From positions 32,001 through 96,000 of the IMG/VR virus record IMGVR_UViG_3300027974_000023: 64,000 nt of DNA, one strand, 5' to 3'. Of this stretch, positions 1 through 10,139 are shown piece by piece (the stretch's first letter is position 1; each line of letters starts with the position of its first letter). The position numbers and the translations under genes are program-made. Under the pieces are notes generated by a model. It ran no database searches. It saw only the letters and a program-made list of their open reading frames with translations, and was not told the DNA's origin. Source of the stretch: a virus.

Positions 1-1204
1 CATTATCTTTTGCTTGTTGCATCATTCTTACCTGCTCATCATCAGAAGGAACTTCTCCAGTTTTTGCATAATGTTCATCATACAGTTTTTTGTAAGTTGC
101 TTGTTCTGAAAAACCACCTTCAAGCCTACCTTCAGATAAAGCCATGTTAATATTTTTAACATCATGCCAGAAAGCACCAACAGATCTAGCAGAACGTGCT
201 AAACTTGTTATGTCTCCCATATCTTTCCAACCTCTGATTAAATCAGTTGTATTATCTAAAGGATTTAATCCATTTGCTAATTTACTACCAGCATTTGTCC
301 AAAAACTTTTTGCACTACTTATGTTAGACAAACTTTTCAAAGAACTTGCAATTTTACCCATGTTCTTAGCTGTGTTAAACAAAGCTCCTGGTAATTTTGC
401 TAAACTTTTTACTGTACCTGTAATACCACCAATTGCCGCTCCTGGAATAGCTCCAAAACCACCTTCAGCAAAACCCACAGCTCCTCCAATAATTGCACCT
501 TCAACTAATCCTTCTGCAAGAATACCTACAGAATAAGCAGCTGAATTTTGCAAGTTAGTCATGAATCCTCCAAGACCACCTTTGGTAGAATTACCAATAG
601 CATTAAAGTACTCATAATCTCTTGCTTCTTGCTGATTAGCTCCAACATCACCATGACCTAGCATTTTAGCATATGAATTAACAGGACTCATAAATCCTAA
701 TTTAATCATTGGCCAAGCAGCATGAGTCATCATTCTTTTCCAGTCATCAAACTGAGTTGTATTTTGATTATACCATGTTTCTGTATCTGAAGTTGGATCA
801 AAACCTAGTTTATTATATGTCTTTTCTCCATATCCACTATATCTTGCTTTGAAGGAACCACTACCAGGAGAGTTATCAAATGAATACATTTTACCATATG
901 CATTTGGATCATGAGAATTATTAAATAAATTCTGCATGAAATCTGCTTGAGCTTTACTACTTGTACCAGGTGTAGCAACTCTTTGATTTAATTTTGCAGA
1001 ATATGTGGGAGATGAACCTACAGTAAAATCCTTAGTAGCATAAGTTCTATTTGGAATACTTGATCCACCAGGTAATTGTTGTATATCTGTTGGTAATGGA
1101 GCTAAAGGTGTATATTCTGTAAGTCCTGATTTTACTGGTCCTGTAAATGTATTAATATCCGTTAACCCATTTAATCCATCTTGTGGTATAGTGTTTTCTG
1201 CCAT
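1..1204 (-). CDS. Large virion cargo/ejection protein, N-terminal part (runs off the window)
   Basis: Not in the ORF track because it is truncated. ATG at 1204 (MAENTIPQDGLNG...) lies 5 nt after the stop of the 1077-aa gene and the frame appears open to the window edge. It has a Gly/Ala hydrophobic stretch. The position matches the giant ejected proteins of crAss-like phages. Confidence 0.7.
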   Translation of the reverse strand, partial: MAENTIPQDGLNGLTDINTFTGPVKSGLTEYTPLAPLPTDIQQLPGGSSIPNRTYATKDFTVGSSPTYSAKLNQRVATPGTSSKAQADFMQNLFNNSHDPNAYGKMYSFDNSPGSGSFKARYSGYGEKTYNKLGFDPTSDTETWYNQNTTQFDDWKRMMTHAAWPMIKLGFMSPVNSYAKMLGHGDVGANQQEARDYEYFNAIGNSTKGGLGGFMTNLQNSAAYSVGILAEGLVEGAIIGGAVGFAEGGFGAIPGAAIGGITGTVKSLAKLPGALFNTAKNMGKIASSLKSLSNISSAKSFWTNAGSKLANGLNPLDNTTDLIRGWKDMGDITSLARSARSVGAFWHDVKNINMALSEGRLEGGFSEQATYKKLYDEHYAKTGEVPSDDEQVRMMQQAKDN

Positions 1205-1209
1205 AATTA

Positions 1210-4200
1210 TTAATGTTTCCAACCAAAGTTTTTAGGTATATATCCAAGTGCTTTTTCAGCATTTCTCATTGCATCAGTATTACCAGTTGCATGAAACTCT
1301 TTATATTTTGCTAAATTTTTTTGAATTCTTATTGCCATTTGTTGATTTGCTTGATATACAAGTTGATCAACATTATTTCCTAATTGTTCTGAACTAAGTA
1401 TAGAACTATTAGATATCAATCTACCATCTGGACCAAGTTCATTAAATGTAATATTAGCTCTGTATGACTCATCACCCATTTTCTCTATAGTGTAGCGTCC
1501 TGCATTACTTGGATCTTTATAGTTAAGTCTTCCATCAGGAGAACTGTTTATAATAGATTGAACAGGTGTTGTTATATTACCTTTAAACAAACTATTTTTC
1601 CATTCATGTCTAGGAGCAACAAAAGTAATTCCTTCACCAACAATTTTGTTTACAATTTCATTATCAACTTTACCCTTGTCATCTTTAAAGAATTTTTCAG
1701 CAAAACTTCTAGGAACTTTAACAGTCATTGAACCAAGATTTTTATTTTCTAAGGCAATTTGACTTTGAGCTAACATAAAGTCTTCAGGTTTAGTTTTATC
1801 TCTTATAGTATAAGACAAGGCTCTTAACATGTCTTTGTATTTTTGAGCATCTACATTTAAGTTTTCTGCTTCACCAAGAGTTTTATTACCAATAGTTACT
1901 CTATACTTAGTATTATCATTTTTAAAATTGATACGCTCCAAGTCATTTAAGAATTCAAAATAAGCAGTATTACCATATGTTCCTACTGCTCCTATATTTA
2001 CAACAGCAGCTGTTTGATTTGCAGCCATAGTAGCTCTACCATCTTTTCCATTTATAAGAGTTGGAAAAGGAGATAATAATCCTGATTTTTTATCTGCATT
2101 AGAGACAATGTTATAGTATGCATTGTCCATATCTGTTATTAAACTTTTTAATGTACCTTTTGCAGCTATCTTTGGAGATGTATAACCAGCTTTACTTTCA
2201 AATTGCTGTGCATATTGCTTTACTTCACTATTTGTTAAATTATTAAATCTAACATCATGCATTTGTCCAGGAGTTTTACGACCTTTTGCTTTATCTTTTT
2301 GTTGTAGATAAGCAAATAGTTTTTTATCATAATCAGCAGATTCTTTAGCACTACCTGTTGGCCCAGTTTTTAATGGCTCTTTATTTTTAAAATCAGGTTC
2401 ATATTTTTCCAGTATGTACTTAGTTGCAATATTAACAAAGTCATCATCATCATATTGATGTGTTACAACTTTTCTTTTATATAAATCAACAAGAGCTTTT
2501 TTAGTTTGTTCACTATAACCAGAGTTTGCAATGTTTTTCATCAATGCATTATCTATTCTTTCATCATTTGTAGCTTTAGTTTTATAGTATTGTTTTGCAT
2601 ACCATTCAAATTGCTGAACATCTACATCATGATTAGCCAATCTATCAGTAGCCTGATCTGGTGCTAATATTAAAGCAGCTTCCTCTTTACCACTATTTTT
2701 AACAGCCCATTTTTTTAACTGATCTCTGTATTTAAAAAGTTTACCTGATGTTGCTAAATAATTTGTACCAGCAGCTTCATCTTTTTTAAATTTGCTATAT
2801 TCTTTATAAAACTCACCTTTTGCTTGACTAAAGTCTTGATTAGCTTTAAGAGTTTCATTAGGATGCATAATTGCCCAAAGTTCATCATTTTGCAATTGTC
2901 CTGTTTCATAAAGATTAGCTACAGTAGAATACATATTTTTAGCATAACCACTTGTTAAGCTAGATACTTTTTCAAAGTAATCACCAGCCATCAATGTTGG
3001 AATATTTTCAATTTTAGTTTCAGTACCATCTGGGTTTACACCTAGATTAATTGTTCTTGTATATGCAGGATTAGGTTTAATATCACCGTTTATGTCATAT
3101 ACATAAGCACCACTTGTTACTAAACTTTTGTTACGTTCAATTAACTTAGCAGCATTAGCTGTTTTTTCAGCTCTTTGATCAGCTCTTTGATCACTTATTG
3201 CTTGTCTCTGCATTGCATGTTGATGACTAACATTCTCCATGTAAAGTTTACTGAAGTCTTGTTTAAACACCATGTCTTGACGTGCATGAATATCAGCTGC
3301 ACCCATAACATCTTGTTCAGCATCAAAAGCAGCAATACCAGAATCTATCTTTAATCTAGCAAGCTCCATGTTAGTAAGATCTAAACCAGCAGCATTAGTC
3401 GGTCCTTGTGTAGTTAAAGTTCTTGATTCACCATTAAGTTTTTCATTAAGACTAGAACTATGAGCACTTACTTTTGTGTTTATCTCATAAAGCTCATTAA
3501 GCTTTCTTAAGTATTCATTTTGAGATGGGTTTACATCACCTTTTTCAACAGCTACTTCAACATTATTTTTCTTAGTTTCTGTCACCTTAACAGCCTCAGC
3601 ATGATTCTGAGCTCTCTTAGCTGAATACGCACTTAGTTCATTGTACTTAGTTTGTAAGTATTCTTTTTCAGCAGCTAGTTTATCACCTTTAAATCTTTCA
3701 GCATTTTGGTTAACATAATCATTTCTGTTTACATATGCTTGTGTTGCATATACTTTTTGAAGAGCTGGGTTGCTAGTGTATTCTGCTAAGAATAGTTTTT
3801 GTAAGGTAGGAAGTATTAAGTCTCCGTTCTTTTGTCTTACCATGTACATACCTGAAGCATCTGGCTTTTCAATATCTACTGATAAGTTCATTTCTTTTGC
3901 AAGTTCTCTATATACTTTAGCAGCATTCACATAAGGAGTATATTGAGCAGTACCAATATTTAAAGTTTTTTCTAAATCAGAATTTCTAAACTCTTCTTTT
4001 TTATACTGTAATTCTTTAATACCAGTATCCCAGTATTGACCGCTCATTTTTTCATCAGGATTATTTTGTAAAGCCTGAGCACTACCTAAAGTACTATTCC
4101 AATTTTTTGTCCAAGCCATATCTTTCATCAAATACTTATCTTCATAGAAAGGTTTGAATACTTGTTTTGCTTGGTTTACATTTTGATCCAATGACAAATC

Positions 4201-4443
4201 TAGACCAGAAACTCTTTTAAGTTCAAAATCTAAATTCTTTAAAAGTTGATCTTTCTTCTGAATGTTTTTATCATGAGTCAAATCAGAATCATATAGTTCA
4301 CCATATAAGTTATTAATCGCCTTATAATTAGTATCATACTGATTTTGCTTTGTCTGCATTGCATTAGCATAAAAGTTTAAGTCAGGTTGGAATGGTTGTA
4401 GTTCCGGAATAAAGTCTGTGACACCTTGAAGATAAGTACTCAT
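1210..4443 (-). CDS. Putative virion cargo/ejection protein (1077 aa)
   Basis: Long helical-looking ORF with a QPFQP-type N-terminus. Synteny downstream of the muzzle and cargo genes. Confidence 0.6.
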   Translation of the reverse strand: MSTYLQGVTDFIPELQPFQPDLNFYANAMQTKQNQYDTNYKAINNLYGELYDSDLTHDKNIQKKDQLLKNLDFELKRVSGLDLSLDQNVNQAKQVFKPFYEDKYLMKDMAWTKNWNSTLGSAQALQNNPDEKMSGQYWDTGIKELQYKKEEFRNSDLEKTLNIGTAQYTPYVNAAKVYRELAKEMNLSVDIEKPDASGMYMVRQKNGDLILPTLQKLFLAEYTSNPALQKVYATQAYVNRNDYVNQNAERFKGDKLAAEKEYLQTKYNELSAYSAKRAQNHAEAVKVTETKKNNVEVAVEKGDVNPSQNEYLRKLNELYEINTKVSAHSSSLNEKLNGESRTLTTQGPTNAAGLDLTNMELARLKIDSGIAAFDAEQDVMGAADIHARQDMVFKQDFSKLYMENVSHQHAMQRQAISDQRADQRAEKTANAAKLIERNKSLVTSGAYVYDINGDIKPNPAYTRTINLGVNPDGTETKIENIPTLMAGDYFEKVSSLTSGYAKNMYSTVANLYETGQLQNDELWAIMHPNETLKANQDFSQAKGEFYKEYSKFKKDEAAGTNYLATSGKLFKYRDQLKKWAVKNSGKEEAALILAPDQATDRLANHDVDVQQFEWYAKQYYKTKATNDERIDNALMKNIANSGYSEQTKKALVDLYKRKVVTHQYDDDDFVNIATKYILEKYEPDFKNKEPLKTGPTGSAKESADYDKKLFAYLQQKDKAKGRKTPGQMHDVRFNNLTNSEVKQYAQQFESKAGYTSPKIAAKGTLKSLITDMDNAYYNIVSNADKKSGLLSPFPTLINGKDGRATMAANQTAAVVNIGAVGTYGNTAYFEFLNDLERINFKNDNTKYRVTIGNKTLGEAENLNVDAQKYKDMLRALSYTIRDKTKPEDFMLAQSQIALENKNLGSMTVKVPRSFAEKFFKDDKGKVDNEIVNKIVGEGITFVAPRHEWKNSLFKGNITTPVQSIINSSPDGRLNYKDPSNAGRYTIEKMGDESYRANITFNELGPDGRLISNSSILSSEQLGNNVDQLVYQANQQMAIRIQKNLAKYKEFHATGNTDAMRNAEKALGYIPKNFGWKH

Positions 4444-5084
4444 TATAAATATATTAAGTTTGTATTATTTTTTCTCTTACCTAAGAGTCTTCTAGATAAT
4501 TCATATTTTGGTATATTCAATATATCAGAAGCAACTCTAAGTGATTCATATATTTCTCCAGTAATTGTATTTTTTACCTGTTTTCTTTTAATACTATGTA
4601 CTTTATAGAAATCTACATTTTTTAATTTTTCTCTAGCTTTAGCTAAATTTATTTTGCATTCTTCTGAATGATTATATTTTTTACCTGCTTCATAACAGTT
4701 AGGATGTAATTTTTTACCTTTAAAATGTTGTCTAAGTTTTTCTTTTGTTTCTTCTGAATGTAAAGAACAACCGTCTGGATCAGTAGGTTTTAAGTTATAA
4801 CCTATTTCTCTATCTAAACAACTATAATAGTCAACCCAAAAATGTTCTTTTTCATGTAAAAGATCTGTGTCACATAACTCAACAACTTCAAACTTAAAAT
4901 TTAATTCTCCATATTTATTCCAAGCATGTTGTAAGTAATCATTCTTGTGAACACCTTTTCTTAAATCATATAAATGACCATTTTTTCTTGTTCTGATATT
5001 TGAAGCACATCCAATATAAATCTTATTATTAACAAGATTAGTAATCTTGTATATACCAGGTGAAGATTGTAAGTACGTTGCCAT
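4443..5084 (-). CDS. Free-standing GIY-YIG homing endonuclease (NUMOD3-type repeats)
   Basis: GIYKITN...YIG motif, HSEETKEK NUMOD3-like repeats, C-terminal HTH (YESLRVAS). Confidence 0.9.
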   Translation of the reverse strand: MATYLQSSPGIYKITNLVNNKIYIGCASNIRTRKNGHLYDLRKGVHKNDYLQHAWNKYGELNFKFEVVELCDTDLLHEKEHFWVDYYSCLDREIGYNLKPTDPDGCSLHSEETKEKLRQHFKGKKLHPNCYEAGKKYNHSEECKINLAKAREKLKNVDFYKVHSIKRKQVKNTITGEIYESLRVASDILNIPKYELSRRLLGKRKNNTNLIYL

Positions 5085-5143
5085 AGTTTAAATGTATAAT
5101 GTAAAACTATTAAATTTTTATAATTTAACTAAACCTCAAAAGT

Positions 5144-8041
5144 TTAGTATATGAATGGATATGTATTATCACCATATATGAAACCTCCTGATTGACCTTT
5201 TACTGCTCCAGGATAACCATTAGGGTTTTGTACAGCTTCTTTACTGTTATCACCATATAGTTCTTTATAAGCTGCAGCATGAGCTTTATCAGGATCCATT
5301 TTGTAAGTTTTAATATAATCATCCATCTTCTGTCTCATTGATGCAGCTTGTTCAGGCTTATTTGACTTACCCTGTGTAAAGCTCATTTTACCTCCAGAAG
5401 CAGCAGATGTATTATATTGTGGAAACATTTGGTTTAATGCATCTGTCTTCCATTTATTAGTGATAGAGTTTGCATATTGATTTCTTAAGTTACCTCTTAA
5501 TGCCATTTTTGAATTATCATACTGTTGGTTAGCCATAGTATTTTGATCATATAATCTAGACTTAATACCTTGATTAGCAGCAGCTTCTTGATTCTGAATA
5601 TTTGCATTATTAGTTTCAAACTGATTAGCAATATTTACATTGGCATTATTATATTTACCTAGAACATCAGCAGCATTTTTAGCAGCTTGTCCTTGAATAC
5701 CAGAAGATCTAGCAGACAATGCTTGAGGTCCAGCAAACTGCGCCATACCTGCGGTTTGTATATTTGCTTGTTCAGCATTAGCAGCAAGCTCTCTAGTTGG
5801 ATCTAAGAATGTAGGTTTAGGTGTTTGAAGATCTACAGAAGGAGCCCAAGGCATGTATTTTTTAACTTTCATTAAATCACCAAGTGCACCTGTAGTTTTA
5901 ATAGTATCTTGTAACCAAGTTTCTGCAGGTTTTTCAACATCAACAGTTACATCTTCTGTACATTCATTACATTCTCCTGTATTAGGATCAGTACCAGTAT
6001 CAGTTTTTGTACCATCAGATTTTTGACAAGGACATTTTTTTTCTACTTTAGTATCTTCTTCAGGTACTTCTTCATAAGTATCTTCAGCAGCAATTGAACC
6101 ATGTTTTTGTTCTAAGAAAGTATTACCCGCATCTCCTTCAACAGGAGATATAACAGCACCTTTACCATTACCATAGATATCTTTTTCATCTGCTCTACCA
6201 GTGTTCATTTCACTATTTTGAGTAAATGTGCGAAGTCTATCTTGTTCTTCTGGTGAATAATCTTTATAAGTTCCATTAGAAATAGCTTCACCTACTCTTC
6301 TATAAGCATGTGTTGAAATTTGTTGTTGAGCAACTTTAACTTTATCCACTTTTCCATCAGGTCTAAGCGGTAATGCTGGAGCTCCAACATCCTTAATCAT
6401 TTTTTCTCTACTTGTCCAACCTTTTGTTTTGTACTCTTCAAGTTTCTTTTTAGCACTAGCTAAATTAAAAGGTTGACCAGTATCAGGATTAATAGTACCT
6501 TGAGCAACAATATGAGCTGGTGTATCAAGACTAAAACCATCATTAGTTAACATTCTAGGATTAGCACCATTTGCACTTAACATAATATTTCTTTTATTGC
6601 TTTCTAACAAAGCATTTATTTTATCATCTGCTGATAAATTAGCTTCTGTAAGTTTACCTTTAAAATAATCACCAGTCTTTTCAGTAAAAGCTTTTGGATC
6701 ATTTATAGTTTTATCATATTGTTCAAGATATGCTTTTCTAACTGGTGACTTTGGATCTTTATATTCTTTTTCAAGAAGTCCTATTTGAGCAGCAGCAATT
6801 CTATTAGCTTGAGTATCTTTTTCTATTCCTAAACCTTTAAGTTGCTCAGGAGTAATACCTTTTGCTTGTTCTTCTGGTGTTAATGCTTTACGCTCTTTTG
6901 CTTTTAAAGGTTTACCATTTCTAGTAATATTAAATTTAGCATTAGGATCAGTCTGTTTTTTAATTCTCATTTGTTGATTAATCCATGCATCATCTTTATC
7001 AGATGCATCTAAAGTAATTGGTTCAGCACCACCAGTAGGTGCTACAGTACTTGCACCTTTATCACCTTGATATTCATTTAATCCACCACCTCTTGCATAT
7101 CTTGGAGTATGAGGTCTTCCAACATAGTTACCAGAGTTAATACCCATTGGCATACTATATTGTGCTTGCTCTAGAAAATCTCCTGTTTCTACATCAGTAT
7201 ACGGAACATCATAACCACCCATGCTCATACCAAACTGAGCCATTGGTTCAGCAACTGGTTGACCTTGGTTTAATTCTTGAGCCTCTTCAAAACTTGGTTG
7301 TTGACTTTCAGCAGCTTCATTCTCTTGGTTTTCTGCCATGTCAGTTTCATCACCATTCATTTGTTGAGCTCTTTTTAATTGCCCATCAACTTGAGAACTT
7401 AATTGTTTTATTTCAGGAGAGATTAATGCATCTTCCTTAATTCCATTAACTTCCATGTATGGTTTAGCTGCAGCTGGAATACCTTGCGGGAATCCTTTCT
7501 TAGCTTCTTGTGCTAATGCTAGAGCTCCAAGTTTTTGAGTATAATTTTTTATCATTAACTCAGCAGTCTTTCTATCTATTACATCAGAATTTGGATCTTC
7601 AAGAAGTTTTCTGTATTTCTCAATATCATATTGTTTAGCTAATTCTGCAGGAGTATAACTTTTCTTACCTGTAGAACCTTTACCAAACTTATTTAAGATA
7701 TTAGGATCTTTCATATTCATCCCTCTGAAGTCACTATATATAAAAGTATCATCAGGAAGACTAAGTGGAACACCTCCGCCTGAGTGTCTAGGACCTTTGA
7801 TAGTTTTATATTCTGGCATTCCATCACCATTAAGATCACCCCAAACACCTTCACCTCCTTCAGCTTCTAGATTAGCGTCTTCTCTAGGAACAGCTGTGAT
7901 ATACTTACTAGTTTTTAGTTTTGGTTGACCAGTATAGGTATTGTAATCTGCACCACCCATAGCTGGTACATCATTAGCTAAAGAACCTTGTACTTGGTAA
8001 CCTGTTCTAGCTTGTGGTACTTTTGTAATTCTTACTTTCAT
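5144..8041 (-). CDS. Putative cargo protein 1-like virion protein (965 aa)
   Basis: EAEGGE...GPRHSGGGV motif typical of crAss-like cargo proteins. Gln/Asn/Ala-rich helical C-terminus. Confidence 0.6.
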   Translation of the reverse strand: MKVRITKVPQARTGYQVQGSLANDVPAMGGADYNTYTGQPKLKTSKYITAVPREDANLEAEGGEGVWGDLNGDGMPEYKTIKGPRHSGGGVPLSLPDDTFIYSDFRGMNMKDPNILNKFGKGSTGKKSYTPAELAKQYDIEKYRKLLEDPNSDVIDRKTAELMIKNYTQKLGALALAQEAKKGFPQGIPAAAKPYMEVNGIKEDALISPEIKQLSSQVDGQLKRAQQMNGDETDMAENQENEAAESQQPSFEEAQELNQGQPVAEPMAQFGMSMGGYDVPYTDVETGDFLEQAQYSMPMGINSGNYVGRPHTPRYARGGGLNEYQGDKGASTVAPTGGAEPITLDASDKDDAWINQQMRIKKQTDPNAKFNITRNGKPLKAKERKALTPEEQAKGITPEQLKGLGIEKDTQANRIAAAQIGLLEKEYKDPKSPVRKAYLEQYDKTINDPKAFTEKTGDYFKGKLTEANLSADDKINALLESNKRNIMLSANGANPRMLTNDGFSLDTPAHIVAQGTINPDTGQPFNLASAKKKLEEYKTKGWTSREKMIKDVGAPALPLRPDGKVDKVKVAQQQISTHAYRRVGEAISNGTYKDYSPEEQDRLRTFTQNSEMNTGRADEKDIYGNGKGAVISPVEGDAGNTFLEQKHGSIAAEDTYEEVPEEDTKVEKKCPCQKSDGTKTDTGTDPNTGECNECTEDVTVDVEKPAETWLQDTIKTTGALGDLMKVKKYMPWAPSVDLQTPKPTFLDPTRELAANAEQANIQTAGMAQFAGPQALSARSSGIQGQAAKNAADVLGKYNNANVNIANQFETNNANIQNQEAAANQGIKSRLYDQNTMANQQYDNSKMALRGNLRNQYANSITNKWKTDALNQMFPQYNTSAASGGKMSFTQGKSNKPEQAASMRQKMDDYIKTYKMDPDKAHAAAYKELYGDNSKEAVQNPNGYPGAVKGQSGGFIYGDNTYPFIY

Positions 8042-8051
8042 CTTATCAAGA

Positions 8052-10082
8052 TTATAAATATTCTACTTCACCTCCATTAGCAAAGAAATCAGCTAATTCT
8101 TCTTCAGTCATTTCAACTTCATCCCCTTCAGTCATTCCACCTTCTTGCATATAACCTCCATATTGACCATATGCAAATCTACCAGCTGTTTGTTGACCTG
8201 TTTGATCTGGTCTAAACATTCCTGTTTGTTGACCGTATGCTACATAGTCACCTTTATCTTTATCTGATGAAGCATCATAAATGTTATCTGAATTAAAGTT
8301 ATTTTTTAAAAAATCAGAATTTTGTTTTGCTTGATCAATTCCAGCAAGAGCTCCTGTTAAAGTATCTGCTCCCGCATTAAATACATTTACAGCTTTTTCA
8401 CCATTAAAATTCATAGCTCTTTTTCTTTTATTATCAACACCAATAGTATTATACTCAGGAGTTTTTGCTTCTGTTTCAGGAGTTTGCCCAACTGCTTCTA
8501 CAGCTCCAGCTAAACTCTGAAAACTTTTTGGTATTGATGAAGGTGCTGGTGCTAAAATTGGTCCTAACGATGCTGTTGCATCAGATGCTGCATTTAATTT
8601 ATTTGTAGGAGATTTGACTGCTCCTGCAATTTGATACTCACCTAAAGCACCACCATATGCAAACTCAACTGGCGTATATTCAACCGGTGTAGGTTGATTA
8701 TACCAGTTTGGATTATCCATACTTAAATTTGAGGGCTTTGATTTTTGATATTTTGCGTTTAAGTCAAGTTGTTCTTTTTCTTTTTCTTTGTCTAAGTCAA
8801 CAAATTGGTGAACACCTTTATCAAAAGCTGCATTATCTCTTTTATATCTAGCCTCTCTTCTATCATACATTTTATCACGCATTCTTTGTACTAAAGAAAC
8901 ATCATAATCTTTCTTAGACCCTGTATCTTTTTTAGACTCAGTGTCTTTTTTACTTGCATTATCTGTTTGAGGAGCATTAGAATAAATATCAGTCCATTCT
9001 TTCGGTCTACCAAAGATTCCTGTTTTAGTTACTCTTCTTTCAATAGGATGATAACCTTCCATACTGCCTTCATATTTTTTATGATCAGCAACATGATAAG
9101 GATTGGATTGTAGTAATTGTTTTTCTGAACTAACAAGTCTATTCCAAGGTATAAAGTTTCTTAAACCACCATCCGTTGTAACATATTTAGGAACATAGTT
9201 AATTCTAGCTTTTCTTACCTCAGCACCTTTTTGAGCATATTGTTCATCATAACCACCTTCTTGTGCTACTGGAGCAAATGGAATTGGTTTTGCATTATCT
9301 CCTTGACCTAATGTATCTGCTATTTGCATTAAAGAAGGATCACCAGACTGCATCATCTTTCCATGCAATTCTTCAGTTTTAGCTGTGTCAGCTTGATTCT
9401 TTAATGTAGCTAAGAAATCAGATTTTCTTTTACTTACAGTATCTGTATCTGTATCTTGTAAATTTCCTCTACCTAATGGTTGATTCGGATCTACTTCTGC
9501 AGCATCACCTTCACCACCAGTTTGTTGTTTTTTAAGGTAATTCAATACATTTTTAGCAAAAGATTTTTTAGTTCCTCCTCTTTCAAATGTAACATTTCCA
9601 TAAGCATCAACATTAGTTTGATCCCATCCTATAGGAGTATAGCTTGGTACATATTCTTCAAGACCAGGAAATTCAAATGTTTGAGTACCTGGGGTATTTG
9701 CTATCATATTATCTATATCATAAGACTCAGGATCTTCTTGACCTTGATCAGTCAGTGTAGCATATTGATCTAATGCTTCTTGTTCACCACCATCTTGATA
9801 TTGAGCAGGTTCTGCTTCTTGTGGTTGAGACATACTTTGCATGATTTGTTGAATCAAGCTTTGTGCATTCTCTTCAGGTAAACCTGCTTCAACAAGCTTT
9901 TGATATATCTCTTCTGGAGCAGTTTGATTTTGTAATTCAGATTGTATATACTGAACATATTGATCCATACCACCATCAACTTGTGCACCTTCTTGAGCTC
10001 TGTGCAAAAATTGATTTGTTTTGTTTATGTATCTACCTTTACCGTCTGGTGCTTTGTAAATTCTTACAGTTCTTTTTTCCAT
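8052..10082 (-). CDS. Putative internal virion protein with repeated xQxGG motifs
   Basis: Low-complexity acidic ORF with AQEGA, YQDGG, FERGG, AQEGG, FAYGG, MQEGG motifs. Lies in the cargo cluster. Confidence 0.55.
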   Translation of the reverse strand: MEKRTVRIYKAPDGKGRYINKTNQFLHRAQEGAQVDGGMDQYVQYIQSELQNQTAPEEIYQKLVEAGLPEENAQSLIQQIMQSMSQPQEAEPAQYQDGGEQEALDQYATLTDQGQEDPESYDIDNMIANTPGTQTFEFPGLEEYVPSYTPIGWDQTNVDAYGNVTFERGGTKKSFAKNVLNYLKKQQTGGEGDAAEVDPNQPLGRGNLQDTDTDTVSKRKSDFLATLKNQADTAKTEELHGKMMQSGDPSLMQIADTLGQGDNAKPIPFAPVAQEGGYDEQYAQKGAEVRKARINYVPKYVTTDGGLRNFIPWNRLVSSEKQLLQSNPYHVADHKKYEGSMEGYHPIERRVTKTGIFGRPKEWTDIYSNAPQTDNASKKDTESKKDTGSKKDYDVSLVQRMRDKMYDRREARYKRDNAAFDKGVHQFVDLDKEKEKEQLDLNAKYQKSKPSNLSMDNPNWYNQPTPVEYTPVEFAYGGALGEYQIAGAVKSPTNKLNAASDATASLGPILAPAPSSIPKSFQSLAGAVEAVGQTPETEAKTPEYNTIGVDNKRKRAMNFNGEKAVNVFNAGADTLTGALAGIDQAKQNSDFLKNNFNSDNIYDASSDKDKGDYVAYGQQTGMFRPDQTGQQTAGRFAYGQYGGYMQEGGMTEGDEVEMTEEELADFFANGGEVEYL

Positions 10083-10139
10083 ATTTTGGGTATATAACTA
10101 ATATACTAAATTTTAATTTATTATGTAAACTTCAAAAGT

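Noticed and set aside
1-4443. Virion RNA polymerase assignment
   Set aside because: No DxDxD catalytic motif in a credible context in the visible sequence. It may lie further left of the window.
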